Origin: Paramecium tetraurelia
Taxonomy: Eukaryota
Reading direction: 5' to 3'
Length of the DNA stretch: 64,000 bases
Assembly: GCA_000165425.1 (NCBI GenBank)
Contig: CT868574.1
Location: 62,001 to 126,000, forward strand
The notes under the pieces are model-generated. The model made no database searches. It was given only the letters and a program-made list of their open reading frames with translations, and was not told the DNA's origin. Of the stretch, positions 12,668-24,305 are shown one piece after another (position 1 is the first letter of the stretch; every line of letters starts with the position of its first letter). A program made the position numbers and the translations under genes.

Positions 12668-13827
12668 TCAAAAATTCCCTTTCTAAAAATACTTTTAAAC
12701 AATTTATTTTGTTTCTTCTTCATCGTACACTTTAAAAGGCTAGAACCCTCTCCTCATATTTGTATTTGTTTTCTCAAAGTTTGTGTTATTGAAATCATCA
12801 CTTAATGGATACTCTCTAATAGGTGATGGCTATCCCTTTGAACTCTTTGGGAACTCGTCAACATCTTCATGCGGAGTCTTCAATTTGATCTCTTTTAACT
12901 CTCCTCCTAATTAAACACTTGATTTCAAATATTGTTTCTCTACATTTGGAAACAAATTGGTTATCTATTACTTGTTATTGCTATGATTATATGGCATAAT
13001 ATGATCCATCGATTTAGTCGAAATCAATGCACTCTTATAGTTTTTCAGTTGTGAATTCTAAGAAAATAGAGTCTTGTTCTCTATTCCAAATGCCTAATCC
13101 TGTTTGAATGTCCTGATGCTCGTTGAATATTGTGTATAGGGGTTCTTCTTGATCACTGGATTAAAGGGCAACTTGCCGATCTTTTCTAATCCTTCTGATC
13201 TCATTCTCTTAAATTCAACCAGAGAATTCTCTTATTCCATATATATATAATTGTCATCAGGATTACGAAACGGTATTTGTTGCCAAGCTGTTTTTTCTGT
13301 AAACTTACCTCCAGCCTACTTGAAATCACTGTCACTCACCCATTTCTCTCTTTGAGTTGGTTTCCAATTAGGTCTATATGCCATTGACAGATCCCTTTAT
13401 GTATGATCAATATAATTTGAGTGATCCAACTCCTCTTACAACCTCTAATTCTCAGTCCTTGGATTCTTACCGAATCTCAGAGGCATCTTCTCTTTGGCCA
13501 AAATCTCATTCCTCATATTCAAAGGCAATTTCGTATATGGTCCTGCCTTCAAATGTCCCCTCAGAAACTCATCTTGAGCTTCCTATGCTCTCATTTTTTG
13601 GGTCTTATATCGAACTGGAGTTCTCTCGTGAGTCCGGTCCACGAATTCATGCAAATCAGGATTAAGCAAAGGTATGCTCCCGCTTTTTATACCTGTTATT
13701 GAATATTCATTATTATACTCTTTAAAAAACTTGAGTTATGATTTGAATTGATATACTTTTAGATTCTCTCTGAGCTCTATGCAGCCAATTAAAACACATT
13801 GCTTTAATGACTTTTATTAACTTTCAT
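12668..13827 (-). CDS. Hypothetical hydrophilic protein
   Basis: MKVNKSHQSNVFQLAAQSSERIQ..IKSGSIPLLNPDLHEFVDRTHER... A long open frame follows an intron at 13693-13718 and ends ...QKGNF*. Confidence 0.7.
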
Positions 13828-14313
13828 ATTAAATATAATTAAATCAAGCTCGAACCAACTCCTAACAATCCTGCTGCAGATACTGGAATTTAAAACAAGA
13901 CAATATACGAAGACGTAAACCCGATCAGACCATCGAAAAGCTTCCCCAGCAAGACGATTCCTACCAAAAAACGAGTTTTCTAATTGATTGGTTTCAGAAT
14001 CGCAACGCTTGTCCATAAAGTCTTACATAACTCATCCATAGGTATCATGGTGTATCCGCTAACATATTAAATAAAACAAATCTAATCCACTATCAAATAA
14101 ACAGATTAAAGATATCCAAACATTGTAGTTCTTGACACTCCCAACACCTTCAGGTTATTAAAGGCTTTTCTCCCTTTCGAAATTCCTTCTTTAGAGTATG
14201 ACTTTAATATTAATACTTGACAAAGATTTGAACTACGGAAACGTTGCAGAAATGAACAGGAAGAAATATTCAACCAATCTTAAGCTGAAATAAACTCTTA
14301 GTTACTATCTCAT
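13824..14313 (-). CDS. PEX11-like peroxisomal membrane protein (short, about 153 aa)
   Basis: SLSKGISKGRKAFNNLKVL (amphipathic helix), VYLIVDQICFI and C-terminal AGLLGVGSSLIQLYLI*. Intron at 14189-14216. Confidence 0.55.
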
Positions 14314-14346
14314 TTTTTATTTGGATTATTAATTATATTCTTTAAA

Positions 14347-15766
14347 TCACACATTACTTCTCGCCATTAACTACATCTGCCAATTCCATAAAACACCAGC
14401 GAAACTTATCAAGACACAACCCAATAACGCATTTCTCAAAGGGTATCTCACTGAACTTTACTTTTTTTATAATTCATTCAATATTCTCTTTCTCAAATCT
14501 TCATTACTATTAAATTTGGCATTTGTAATCCTCTTTAAGGTTACTTCCAAACTATTCAATGTTACGAACTCTTTCCTCTTCAGCAACTCTTAGCCAAAAT
14601 TGTAAAGTTCAACATCACTACTAACATTAAATATTATTTCATTTGTCCGATCTTTTGCTGCATCACATGCCTAACCATAGCAAATTAACTATATTATAGT
14701 CTTCAAATATGGATTCCCCTTGAATATGCCACAACCCCACTTTCCAGTCGAAATTGCATAATTTGGTTCTCTCATCAAAGAAATTTCAAATCCACAATAG
14801 CATTTGATTAGCTCCCTATTAATATTTTATTAGCTGAATTAATCGTCATCATCAAAGAACTCCTCAGCATCGATAGCCTATTAAGAATTTACATTGTCTA
14901 CTTACTAATAAATTATATTTCTCCTCCCATCTAAACTATTCCAAATTCTTTTGTTTGAATGTGCTTTCGTATCCCGTATAATTATTATACTTTATAAGAT
15001 TCTGGATTAAAACAGCTTCATTTGCTTTCATTGGTTGCACAAATAACATACTAATTATAGCCTCAGGATATAAGAGCATTAATATCTAAATGTTTATAAA
15101 TACATTATACATCTTCTTGAGTACAACTTTTATAATGCAAGGCCTAACCCCCAATGTTTTCATTGGCAAAATCGACTACTGTTGATTAACGTTGATCTTC
15201 ATTCTTTTATCTTGTAAATCTAAAGTTTATAGGCTAGTTTGATTTCAGAATCGATGATCTATTTAAATATTATTATTCATTTATGCTATTTTTTACATAT
15301 TGAATTTATTCTAATTCAATTTGTTCTCTATTAGAAAAAAACAATTTAATATAATTAGTAATACACCTCAATTTTTCTTGGGTGACTTCTACATTAGCTA
15401 CTTTCAACTCCTCCATATTTATAATGTAGAAATTACCACACTTGAATTATTTGTCTATTAGATTGAAATACATCATCAAAATTAAAGTAAAGACTTCAAT
15501 TCTTTTCAATGTAATAATATTATTAGTTTCAAATTCATTATTCACTTTTTAAAGTAGTTCTACTAAGTTATTGCGATTTTTCAATATCTACATTATATAT
15601 TGATTAAATTCTTGTTAATAATCCTCAGATTCATTAAAAATATTGCCTAAGATCCCATCTGATAAAATTGCATTTACTATGAATTATTGGTAATCTTAAT
15701 TTTCTTAAAATTTGAATCCGCATTTGAATGCTTCATTATACCTTAAATGTAATACAATAATTACAT
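14347..15766 (-). CDS. PARG: Poly(ADP-ribose) glycohydrolase-family protein with a variant catalytic loop and a C-terminal TM helix; start uncertain
   Basis: EKLRCITNY, VDFANENIGGQALHYKSCTQEDILMLLYPE, YTGYESTF, AIDA, RELIKCYCGF and ISTGKWGCGIFKGNPYLKTIIQL. Confidence 0.88.
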
Positions 15767-16741
15767 AATTAAAATAAAATAAAGAAAATAATTTCTGTAA
15801 AAAATAATATATTCTTAATGTTTTAATCAATTTAATTTAGATTTGAATTTAGTCTAAGATCTTATAACATCTTTTGTTCAAGATGATCCTTAAATTTTTC
15901 TTCAATATTGAGAGTAAAAAAAAATTCATTTTTGAAAAGATCTGAAAAATGTTTTTAAATCCAATTGTGTTTAGAATATACATTTTAATAAATTTGAATA
16001 CAATCAATGCAAGAAGAGTATATTGCAATAAAATTTACTAAAGGACAGAAAATATTTTTGTGATTAAATTATTACACTATATTTAAACATGTATTGAAGA
16101 TTCATTATAAAACTGACAGTAATTTTTATATTGCATTCTAAGCTAAAAAGGATGGTTTATGTGATAAATCTTAACAATAAGGTCTGGTAAAAATGTCTTA
16201 ATCCTATAATTAGATACTGAATTAAGAAAATTTAAATTTACGTTCATTTATAAATTAAAAAATAATTAGAATATAAATTAAAAATAAAAGCTTTGAAATA
16301 AGATCGAAGGAATTAATTTATAAATATATGATTAATAAATGCTTTGCTTTTGAATTTCACTAGCCACTATTAATTATAAAATGGATTTGCAGCATGAGTA
16401 TTAAAGAAATTTCTAGATATTATAAATCCACAATATATTATTATATATTATATTTATTTGCGGTTGATTAAAGTAATAGTAAAGAATTTAATGAGTATGT
16501 GATTTCTTGATGCTACAACAATGTATATTGGTTTATCTTGAAAGTAATCAAGATTAGCAATTGATATCGGTATTTAATATTCAGATTTGAAACCGTTCAA
16601 TTTAGATATTAACAAAGTAAAAGTAGTATCTTAAATTATTTTTTGGACATTTATGCTGTAGAATCAACAGAATTGTAGATATTTGATAATACTAAATAGT
16701 ATGCAATGATTATTGAGTATGAATAAATTTGGTTAATAATT

Positions 16742-19529
16742 ATGAATATTTCTAATTTTATTCAGGAATGCGTCAATACTGTGATGGATTCACATCCAAT
16801 TCAGTATCAACCTTCAATGGAGATAAGTGAGGGTGAAATTTTGGTGAAAGGAAAAACATTTGGTAGATGGGAATCTAAAAAATTTATTATTGACGAGGAA
16901 AAGAAAGTATTTGCTCTTAGAAGTTCTAAAGGAAAAACAAGGCTGAAACCTTATTTTCTATCAGAGTATTAGGTAAATTCCAGTGATTCTAACTTTCAGG
17001 TGGAGAATAAAGAGAGGAAAAAAGATAAAATAGCATTCGATCTAACTTCGAAAACTGGAGGGAAGTGTTTGACCCTTGGAACGGATGACGAGTAAACTGC
17101 TGATGAGATTATCAAGGTGCTTCGAGATTTATGTTCGAGAATAGACGCCAGACCTAATCAAGATGAGATTATTTAAAAGAATAAATTAGATAACATCAAC
17201 AATAATCAACATTGTACCATTTTAATAAATATAAGCCAGAAAAGGTGATAAATACAATTGATTATGAAATTCCAAGCTTTTTTGATATTGGTGAAATTCG
17301 GGAAAGGTAATATTTGTATTAAAGTAGTATCGCTAACATTAGAAAAGGGTTATACAATTTGGAGAATTTTAAATTAGTAGTTGAAAATAAATCCTTAATC
17401 TACAGAAATGAAAACAATCATCATTAATTTAAAGTTTTCGTGGAATTTGACGGAAATTGTAAAATTTATATAATTATTCCTATTACATAGGTTAGGACGC
17501 AATCATTCAGAATTTAACAGATTATAATAAAATTAATTAGTGGAATGCATACATTTCTGCAAAAGATAGCAGGATGGTTAAAGAATTGCATGAAGATAAA
17601 TCTTTTTTGATATGTGAAGTTCGAGAATTGTCAAACTTATTCATTTTCAAAAGAGAATTTCAATATTTGTAACATCATTTTAAAATTGATAATCTCCATT
17701 TTATTGTTTAAAAATAAATAGATCAAAAATCATACACCAAAAATTATCAAGGAAGTCTCAAATATGGTGTATGGGGGATCTAAACAAGGTAATAAATATC
17801 TTTCAAAGTTTAGTGAAAAATAGACTAAAGTGTATTATTTTTCTGAACAATCTATGCAAGGTTTATCTTATTCTGACGAAGATGCTTATCTTATTTAGCA
17901 ATTTTTAGCACAAATAATTAATTTGAAACAATTGAATTCTATAACTTAAAATGCGAATCTCTAAAATAAATCCAATGAAATCTAATTCTAGGATAAATAG
18001 CAATTATAACAGGAATAAAAAAATGCAGAAACAAATAATAAAGAAGATGATGATTAATTCTTTGATTGTGAGGAGTTGGATGCCATGAATGATAAGTTAT
18101 TTATGGGTGAAAATAATTCTAATCAAGATGAAGTTGCTAGGGATGTATATGAATAAAATGTAAGAAAATAAACTATTCTTCCTTAATAAGTAGATGCATT
18201 AGATAATATTCAAGATTGGGTTGATAAAAAGATGAAGTTAGTGTTATCTGGAAATTATAACTCCCTCTCTATCAAAATCTTACATTAATTATAACCTAAA
18301 GAATATGATCCCTTATAGCGTTAGCTCTTAACTTAATAAGAAGGTGGACACTATATCTTCAAGAAGGATTTCATAAGAGAAGAAAAGAGTGGAGGGTTGA
18401 AAGTGATAAATGAGGAAAAGTTGGCTGCCTAAAAAGCTGTCATCAAATTCCTATTAACAAGAATTGGTGCTTCCCTTATGTTGGGCAAATCAATTACTAG
18501 TATATCGATGCCAGTCACAATTTTTGAGGCTAGATCGAATACTGAAAGAGTGTGTAGTAGTATGGGGTTTGCACCAATTTATTTAGAAGATGCTGCTTTA
18601 TCATAAGATATTTATTACAGGATTAAATAATGTGCTGCATTTCAATTTGGATTTATATTTATGTATCTATCTTGTGAAAAAGTATTCAATTTATCTATCA
18701 AAGCCCTTCAATCCCATTTTAGGAGAAACCTTTTAAGGGTTCTATGATAATTGTCCTATTTATTGTGAACAAATTAGTCATCATCCTCCTATTTGTGCCG
18801 TATAAATGTATGGTAGACAATATAGGTAGAATTTAATTAATAATCCCTATTAGAATAGATGCTTAATTGGAATTGATTGCTAACTTTAATTCAAATTCAG
18901 TGGTTGGCAGAAATGTTGGTACAGTCAAAATCACATTCTAAAATCCTCATTAAGTTGTGTTGATCACTTTAGCTCCTGGCAGTTTGAATGGAACAACCTA
19001 TGGTGATAAAGTTATGAATTATCTTGAAAAGTAATTCATCATAGATATAAAAAATAAAATATTTGCTGAAATTACCTTCAATCCAGATAAAAAATATTGT
19101 CAGTTTTTTGATGTCGAATATCTAAATCAATTGGATTATTTGTGTGGTGCAATTTGTGATGTTACTGATGCAGCCATTTAAAAGTTTCACAAAGAAGGAT
19201 ATCGCAAATATAAAGGATTGGATCTCAAATCAGACATAAAGTAGATAAGACATAAGATCAAAGGAATATGGGTCAACGAGATCAAAGTATGTATTCATAA
19301 TATAGATTCATAGATTGATAATTAAAAGTTAATTTCTATTCACAACGACTTTCCAGTTAAGATGTAATTAGCACAATACCCAATTCCCTCAGATGCAAAT
19401 TTCAGAATGGATTTGTTATGGTGGAAGTTGAGAGATTTTGATAAATCCTAAGAGTGGAAAGAAAAACTGGAAATCTAACAAAGACAAGATAGAAAATTGA
19501 GAGAACAAAAGGGAAAAAAGAAAAAGTGA
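16742..19529 (+). CDS. Oxysterol-binding-protein-related lipid transfer protein: PH, START-like, FFAT-like and ORD domains
   Basis: PH domain (EGEILVKGKTFGRWESKKFII), START-like middle region and EDDDQFFDCEE. ORD motifs SISMPVTIFEARS, KPFNPILGETF, EQISHHPPI and PSDANFRMDL. Confidence 0.88.
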
Positions 19530-19718
19530 ATTATTAATTTAAAACAGTTTATTTAATATAATGCTAAATCATTCCTTGTTGCATCCATATTTGAATTTTA
19601 AGTAAAGGATAATTATTAATTACATTAATTAATTTCTAAAGCTATTTATTTTACCGAGTGCGCATTTTTAGGTAGTTTAGGAATTCCAAGTAGAAATAAT
19701 ATAATTTTTATTTAATTT

Positions 19719-20287
19719 ATGATGGATCCAAATTTAAATAATTGCTAAAGTGTATGATCAAATAAAAAGATGAGAGTTATCAGCAATTTTGTTTATTATA
19801 ATCCATCTTAATAGTAACAAATCGAGTTTGTAGCTCCAAATTTATAAAATAATCCTATTTACAATTTAAATAATTCAAATATATTTGATATAGAATAGGG
19901 TTTTGCTGTCCGTGAGCAAGGACCTTAATAATATAATAGTGTTATAGAAGAAGATGTAGACTTTTTGAAAAGTTCCATCTAAAACCAAAAGCAATGGCAT
20001 ATGAAACAGTTAAACCAACATACAAAAAAAGAAAGATTGATTTTTCTTGCAAAAAGACCAAATGTGAGTCTAAATATTTATCTTGTTTTAATGAGCGTTA
20101 ATAATGTACCAAGTTATGCAGATGTAAATCATGTGAATGTGAGAACAAAGAAGTTCATTATTCTAAAGTTCAAGAAACAATCGGATGTAAATGTAAGAAA
20201 AGTTATTGTATGTGTTTTGCAAAAAACGAATGCCTTAAATGCGAAAATGATTTAGTTTTTAACAATAACAAAGTCAAAAATGAATGA
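19719..20287 (+). pseudogene. Degenerate tesmin/TSO1-like CXC (CRC) domain gene, possibly a decaying paralog
   Basis: FSCKKTKCESKYLSCFNERQQCTKLCRCKSCECEN...GCKCKKSYCMCF shows missing Cys and a deletion in repeat 2. The upstream coding-like frame is shifted relative to the CXC frame. Confidence 0.5.
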
Positions 20288-20417
20288 TTATTATAAAAAG
20301 AAAGATAATTATATAAAATATTTATCATTCTACAATTTCTATGTAGATTGCTATAAATAAACAATTATTTATTAACGTTTAATATTTATTTGCATCATAT
20401 AAAATGAATTATATTAG

Positions 20418-22163
20418 TCATTCTGTCTCAACTTAGATATCTAGGGTCTCACATAATTAAATGACTTTATCAACTTCATCCATTAATTATCCTTTGTCTT
20501 TACTGTACAATTAGAGCAAACAAGAAGTTTGTTAATTATCAGATTGGCCTGCTTGAATATCTACAATGTTGAATTTGCACCCACTAAGAGTATAGGTAAA
20601 ATAATTACGATTAAACTACTGATAAGATTTTATTGATAGCACCTGTGTCAAATAAATGTCCTGTTAATCTGATGGCCAAATAGGAAGGAACCTTCTTTAA
20701 GGCCTTTTTAGGTTAGAAACTTTCAGCTTCCTTTAATTAATCATTTATATTTCTTAAATGAGTAATATATTAAAATTTATGAGTTAATTATCCATGTAGA
20801 GTGATGGTAGCATTTTATAAAAACACTGGTAAACCGCTTTCCTCTAATGGTTTACTTGAATCTGAATATGCAAGATGAGGTACAATATCTCTAAGAGCAA
20901 TACCAAAATCGATGCTAGCATCATAAGGTAATTGAGATGGTAAAAAATCTATTGACATGTACATAATGTCTTTTGGTGATTTTGCATCAAATTCATCATG
21001 AATTGATTCTGAAATTGGTTCATAAAAATAAACAGGGTTATCAGGTGTTGTATATTTCTTTAAGAATTGAATTGATCCTTCCATATCGCAAGTAACATCA
21101 CATATAGCTTATAATCTACTTTTTCCTGATTGAACTAAATCCTAAAATTATAAAATAATGTAATTACTCTCATTTATGAATTTGTAATGTATCTAGGGAA
21201 TTTGTGATCCCAATATATGTCATTAACAATGATAGTCAAATATGGTAAATATTTGGTATGGAAAACAGGGGTGTATTAATTTGGATGATTGTAATAATCT
21301 GCTGAAGTAAATTCCTTGTCGTAGTCTTCTTGATGTCTAACTAAATCAGTTGTTTTGAACGGACACACATAAACTGTTTTTCTGTGTTTAGGATCGTTTG
21401 GAGTATTCACTAATTCTTTCAATTCCGAAGGTTTAACCAATGTTACGTGAAGATTGGATAATGCTTCCATTGAACCTTTACCACATAAACCAGATGAACC
21501 CAAAACACCAATAATAATAGGTAATCCAGCTTCCTTTGGCAGTCCTCTTTCCTTGATAGCTTATCCTGCTACATTCAAAGCTTAATAAGCATCTTTTTTA
21601 TTAAAATATTAATAAGTTGGGCCAATTTGGAGGAATGGAGTGGCAATGTCTCTTTTGAGTAAATACTTTCCGTATTCATTCAAGAATGTTATTATTCCTG
21701 CTATTCCTGCATATGGAAATGCAGTAGTATTAACGCCCTAATGTTTTTATTTGTATAGACTACTTTTTCATCATAAATTCTTTCATAATCCAAATGTCTA
21801 ATATTTTTCTTTAACATCATATCCAATGCAGGCATGTTGTGAGGCTAAGCTTTTATTGTATGAGACCAATGCAAATAAGTCATTCCTTCAATGTATTTGT
21901 CAAGCGGGATTTCTTTAATGCAAACAATGCCTTTGCATTAGGATAAGTCTTCTTAAACTAGGCATCCAACTTCTAAATATTGTTCATCTGTGAAAATTCT
22001 TTTTGTTGATGGTTGTATAACCATTTAAATTTAAGGATGCTGAGATTTAACATAATGTAATTACTTTTTCCATAATATATTTGCAATCATGGGGAGGAAT
22101 GGGAGTTCTCCTTTCCCAATAAGACTTATCTTCAGCTCTTACTCCAATCAACAACTTGTCCAT
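20418..22163 (-). CDS. Lysine-ketoglutarate reductase (LKR domain of AASS) plus interdomain region, with no SDH domain
   Basis: IGVRAEDKSYWERRTPIPP, QPSTKRIFTD, SHTIKAQPHNMPALD, VNDIYWDHKFPRY, ICDVTCDMEGSIQF, SIDFLPSQLPYDASIDFG and C-terminal AIRLTGHLFDTGAINKIL. Confidence 0.9.
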
Positions 22164-22797
22164 TTCTTTTTTAAAATATTTTAAATATTAAAGATATAAA
22201 AATGCGTCATTCGGTTTAATACTCTCAATTGTATTTAATTATTAATAAAATATATATTTTTAATTAGAATAATATATATAATGACGTTTAATAAAAACAA
22301 AATTTTCTTGTTTTGTTAGGGCTCAGGTCTTTCTTTTATTTCCTTTAAAATCCATTTTTAATTGATGATATACTTAGAATATTAAACAAAAAATTATTTA
22401 GAAATTAAAACAATCTTGAATTACATAAATAAATAGTTAACAACCCTCTTGAGATTTAGATAGAATGAGAGGAATAAAATAATTACATCTGAAATTTAAT
22501 AAAAATGATGAATTCCCTTTTAGTGAATTTCAGAAAAATAATTTGTTTTCTATTTTTGTAAATATCTATTCCGTTCATATTTTGGTGTATTACTTTGATT
22601 TATTAGATGATTTTGATTTGACTTTGGATATTGGTATTTTTTATACAATAATGATTTAATACATTTTATTAAAAAATAACCGAAATATTAATTCTTCATA
22701 ATTATTACGTTGGAATTAAAATGGTTCGTACTTTTCATAATTTGATAAGTTAGACGGAATAACCTCCGAAATATATTAATTTAATTATCTAATTGTC

Positions 22798-23352
22798 ATG
22801 TACAGATACGTCTCAAGTGAGCTTGGCTTCAGAACACCCGCTTTGATCAATTCCATTAAAATTTTCGTAAGAGATTTCTCAGATGTTCCTTCAATTTCTG
22901 TTTCGAGATTAAATACAGAAGAAATTAGCTAAGCTTTGGAAATTCATTCATTATCATGGCAATAAAGCAAAGATTCTACTAAACTTATAAAAGAATTTAC
23001 ATTCACTAATTTCAAATAAACTTTTGTTTTCATGGGATCAGTCTCTTAAGTTGCTGATTAAATGCAACGTAAATTCTTTATTCTATAATTAGATTTCCCA
23101 AAATGGGTTTAAAAAGGAAACAAAGTGACAGTCGAAATGACAACCTAGGATTGTAGAGGGATCTCAGTCAAGGATATTTTATTGGCTTATACTATGGAAA
23201 GCATTGCAAATGATGTCGAAAGTCAAACAGTTGAAAATGTTTGTGATACTATTAAAGTATAGACAAATCAATTGTTGAACAATTGGAATTCAAATTTTAC
23301 TAAAACCGAAGAGTTGTTCTAAGGTTTCCAAAAGAATATAGTTTAACTTTGA
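22798..23352 (+). CDS. Pterin-4a-carbinolamine dehydratase-like protein, copy 1 (catalytic His residues altered)
   Basis: LIKEFTFTNFKQTFVFMGSVSQVADQMQHFPKW...VTVEMTTQDCRGISVKDILLA. One 24-nt intron. Confidence 0.85.
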
Positions 23353-23568
23353 AAACATATATATATTTATTATTACATAATACCTACTTTTATTGATTGA
23401 TTTCAGATGAGAATACTTTATTTATTTTTTTCAGATTTTAACAGTTAAATTAAAATAATATTAAATCACATCATAATTCTTAAGATTTTAATAACACGCA
23501 TTTTTCTTTGCTTTATATGTCTCTAGAAATCCATGAAATTGCAATAATTAAATTAGCAAAATATTAAC

Positions 23569-24131
23569 ATGCATAGATATATTTCATCATTTACATAAAA
23601 TCATTTAATCATAGATTAAATAAAAGTTTTTATAAAAGACTTTAGAGATGTTCCTAAGTTAGCAACCTCAAAATTCAACTTAGAACATATAAATTCACTG
23701 AAAGACATTCAACAACTATCAGATGAATGGCAGTTTAATCCTGCATTGACAGTCATTAAAAGAGAATTTGAGTTCCCTACTTTCAAGGAGAGCTTTGCTT
23801 TTATGAGTTCTGTGTCTGATATCTCTGAGAAAATGGAACGTAAGATATTTAAACTAACAATCTAGATTACCCAAAATGGTATAATAAAGGGAACAAAGTC
23901 ATAGTTGAAATAACTACTCCTGAGGTTGGCCTGACAATCAAAGACATTTTGTTGGCCTACACTATGGATAACATTTCCGATGATATCCGAAACGAAGACA
24001 TCCAATTTATCAGTTAATAAAGTAAATTGACTACTCAATCTACAACTTTACTGAATTCTTGGAACAAAAATTACTCTAAATTTGAGGAAGAAGTTGCCTC
24101 TTAATTATAGAGAAATGTCAACCAATTTTGA
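23569..24131 (+). CDS. Pterin-4a-carbinolamine dehydratase-like protein, copy 2 (tandem paralog); alternative in-frame ATG at 23533
   Basis: IKREFEFPTFKESFAFMSSVSDISEKMEHYPKWYNKGNKVIVEITT...LTIKDILLA. Intron at the same position as in copy 1. Confidence 0.85.
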
Positions 24132-24305
24132 CGAAGATCAATCTGATTTTGTCAATTATATGTTATTCAATTTATATACAAATTTGTTATCAACTTTATT
24201 CCTCTCTAAACATCTCTAAAAACACAAAAACTCTAATCAATTAGGTTTATTTTAAGTTAGATTGATTGTTCTATATATTTTACATAAAATAAGTTTAATC
24301 AATAT

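Noticed and set aside
15770..16740. Long AT-rich gap as a possible retained IES or transposon remnant (similarly 33300-34050)
   Set aside because: No terminal inverted repeats or transposase motifs seen, and TA boundaries cannot be assigned without germline comparison. Part of the gap may be the PARG 5' region.
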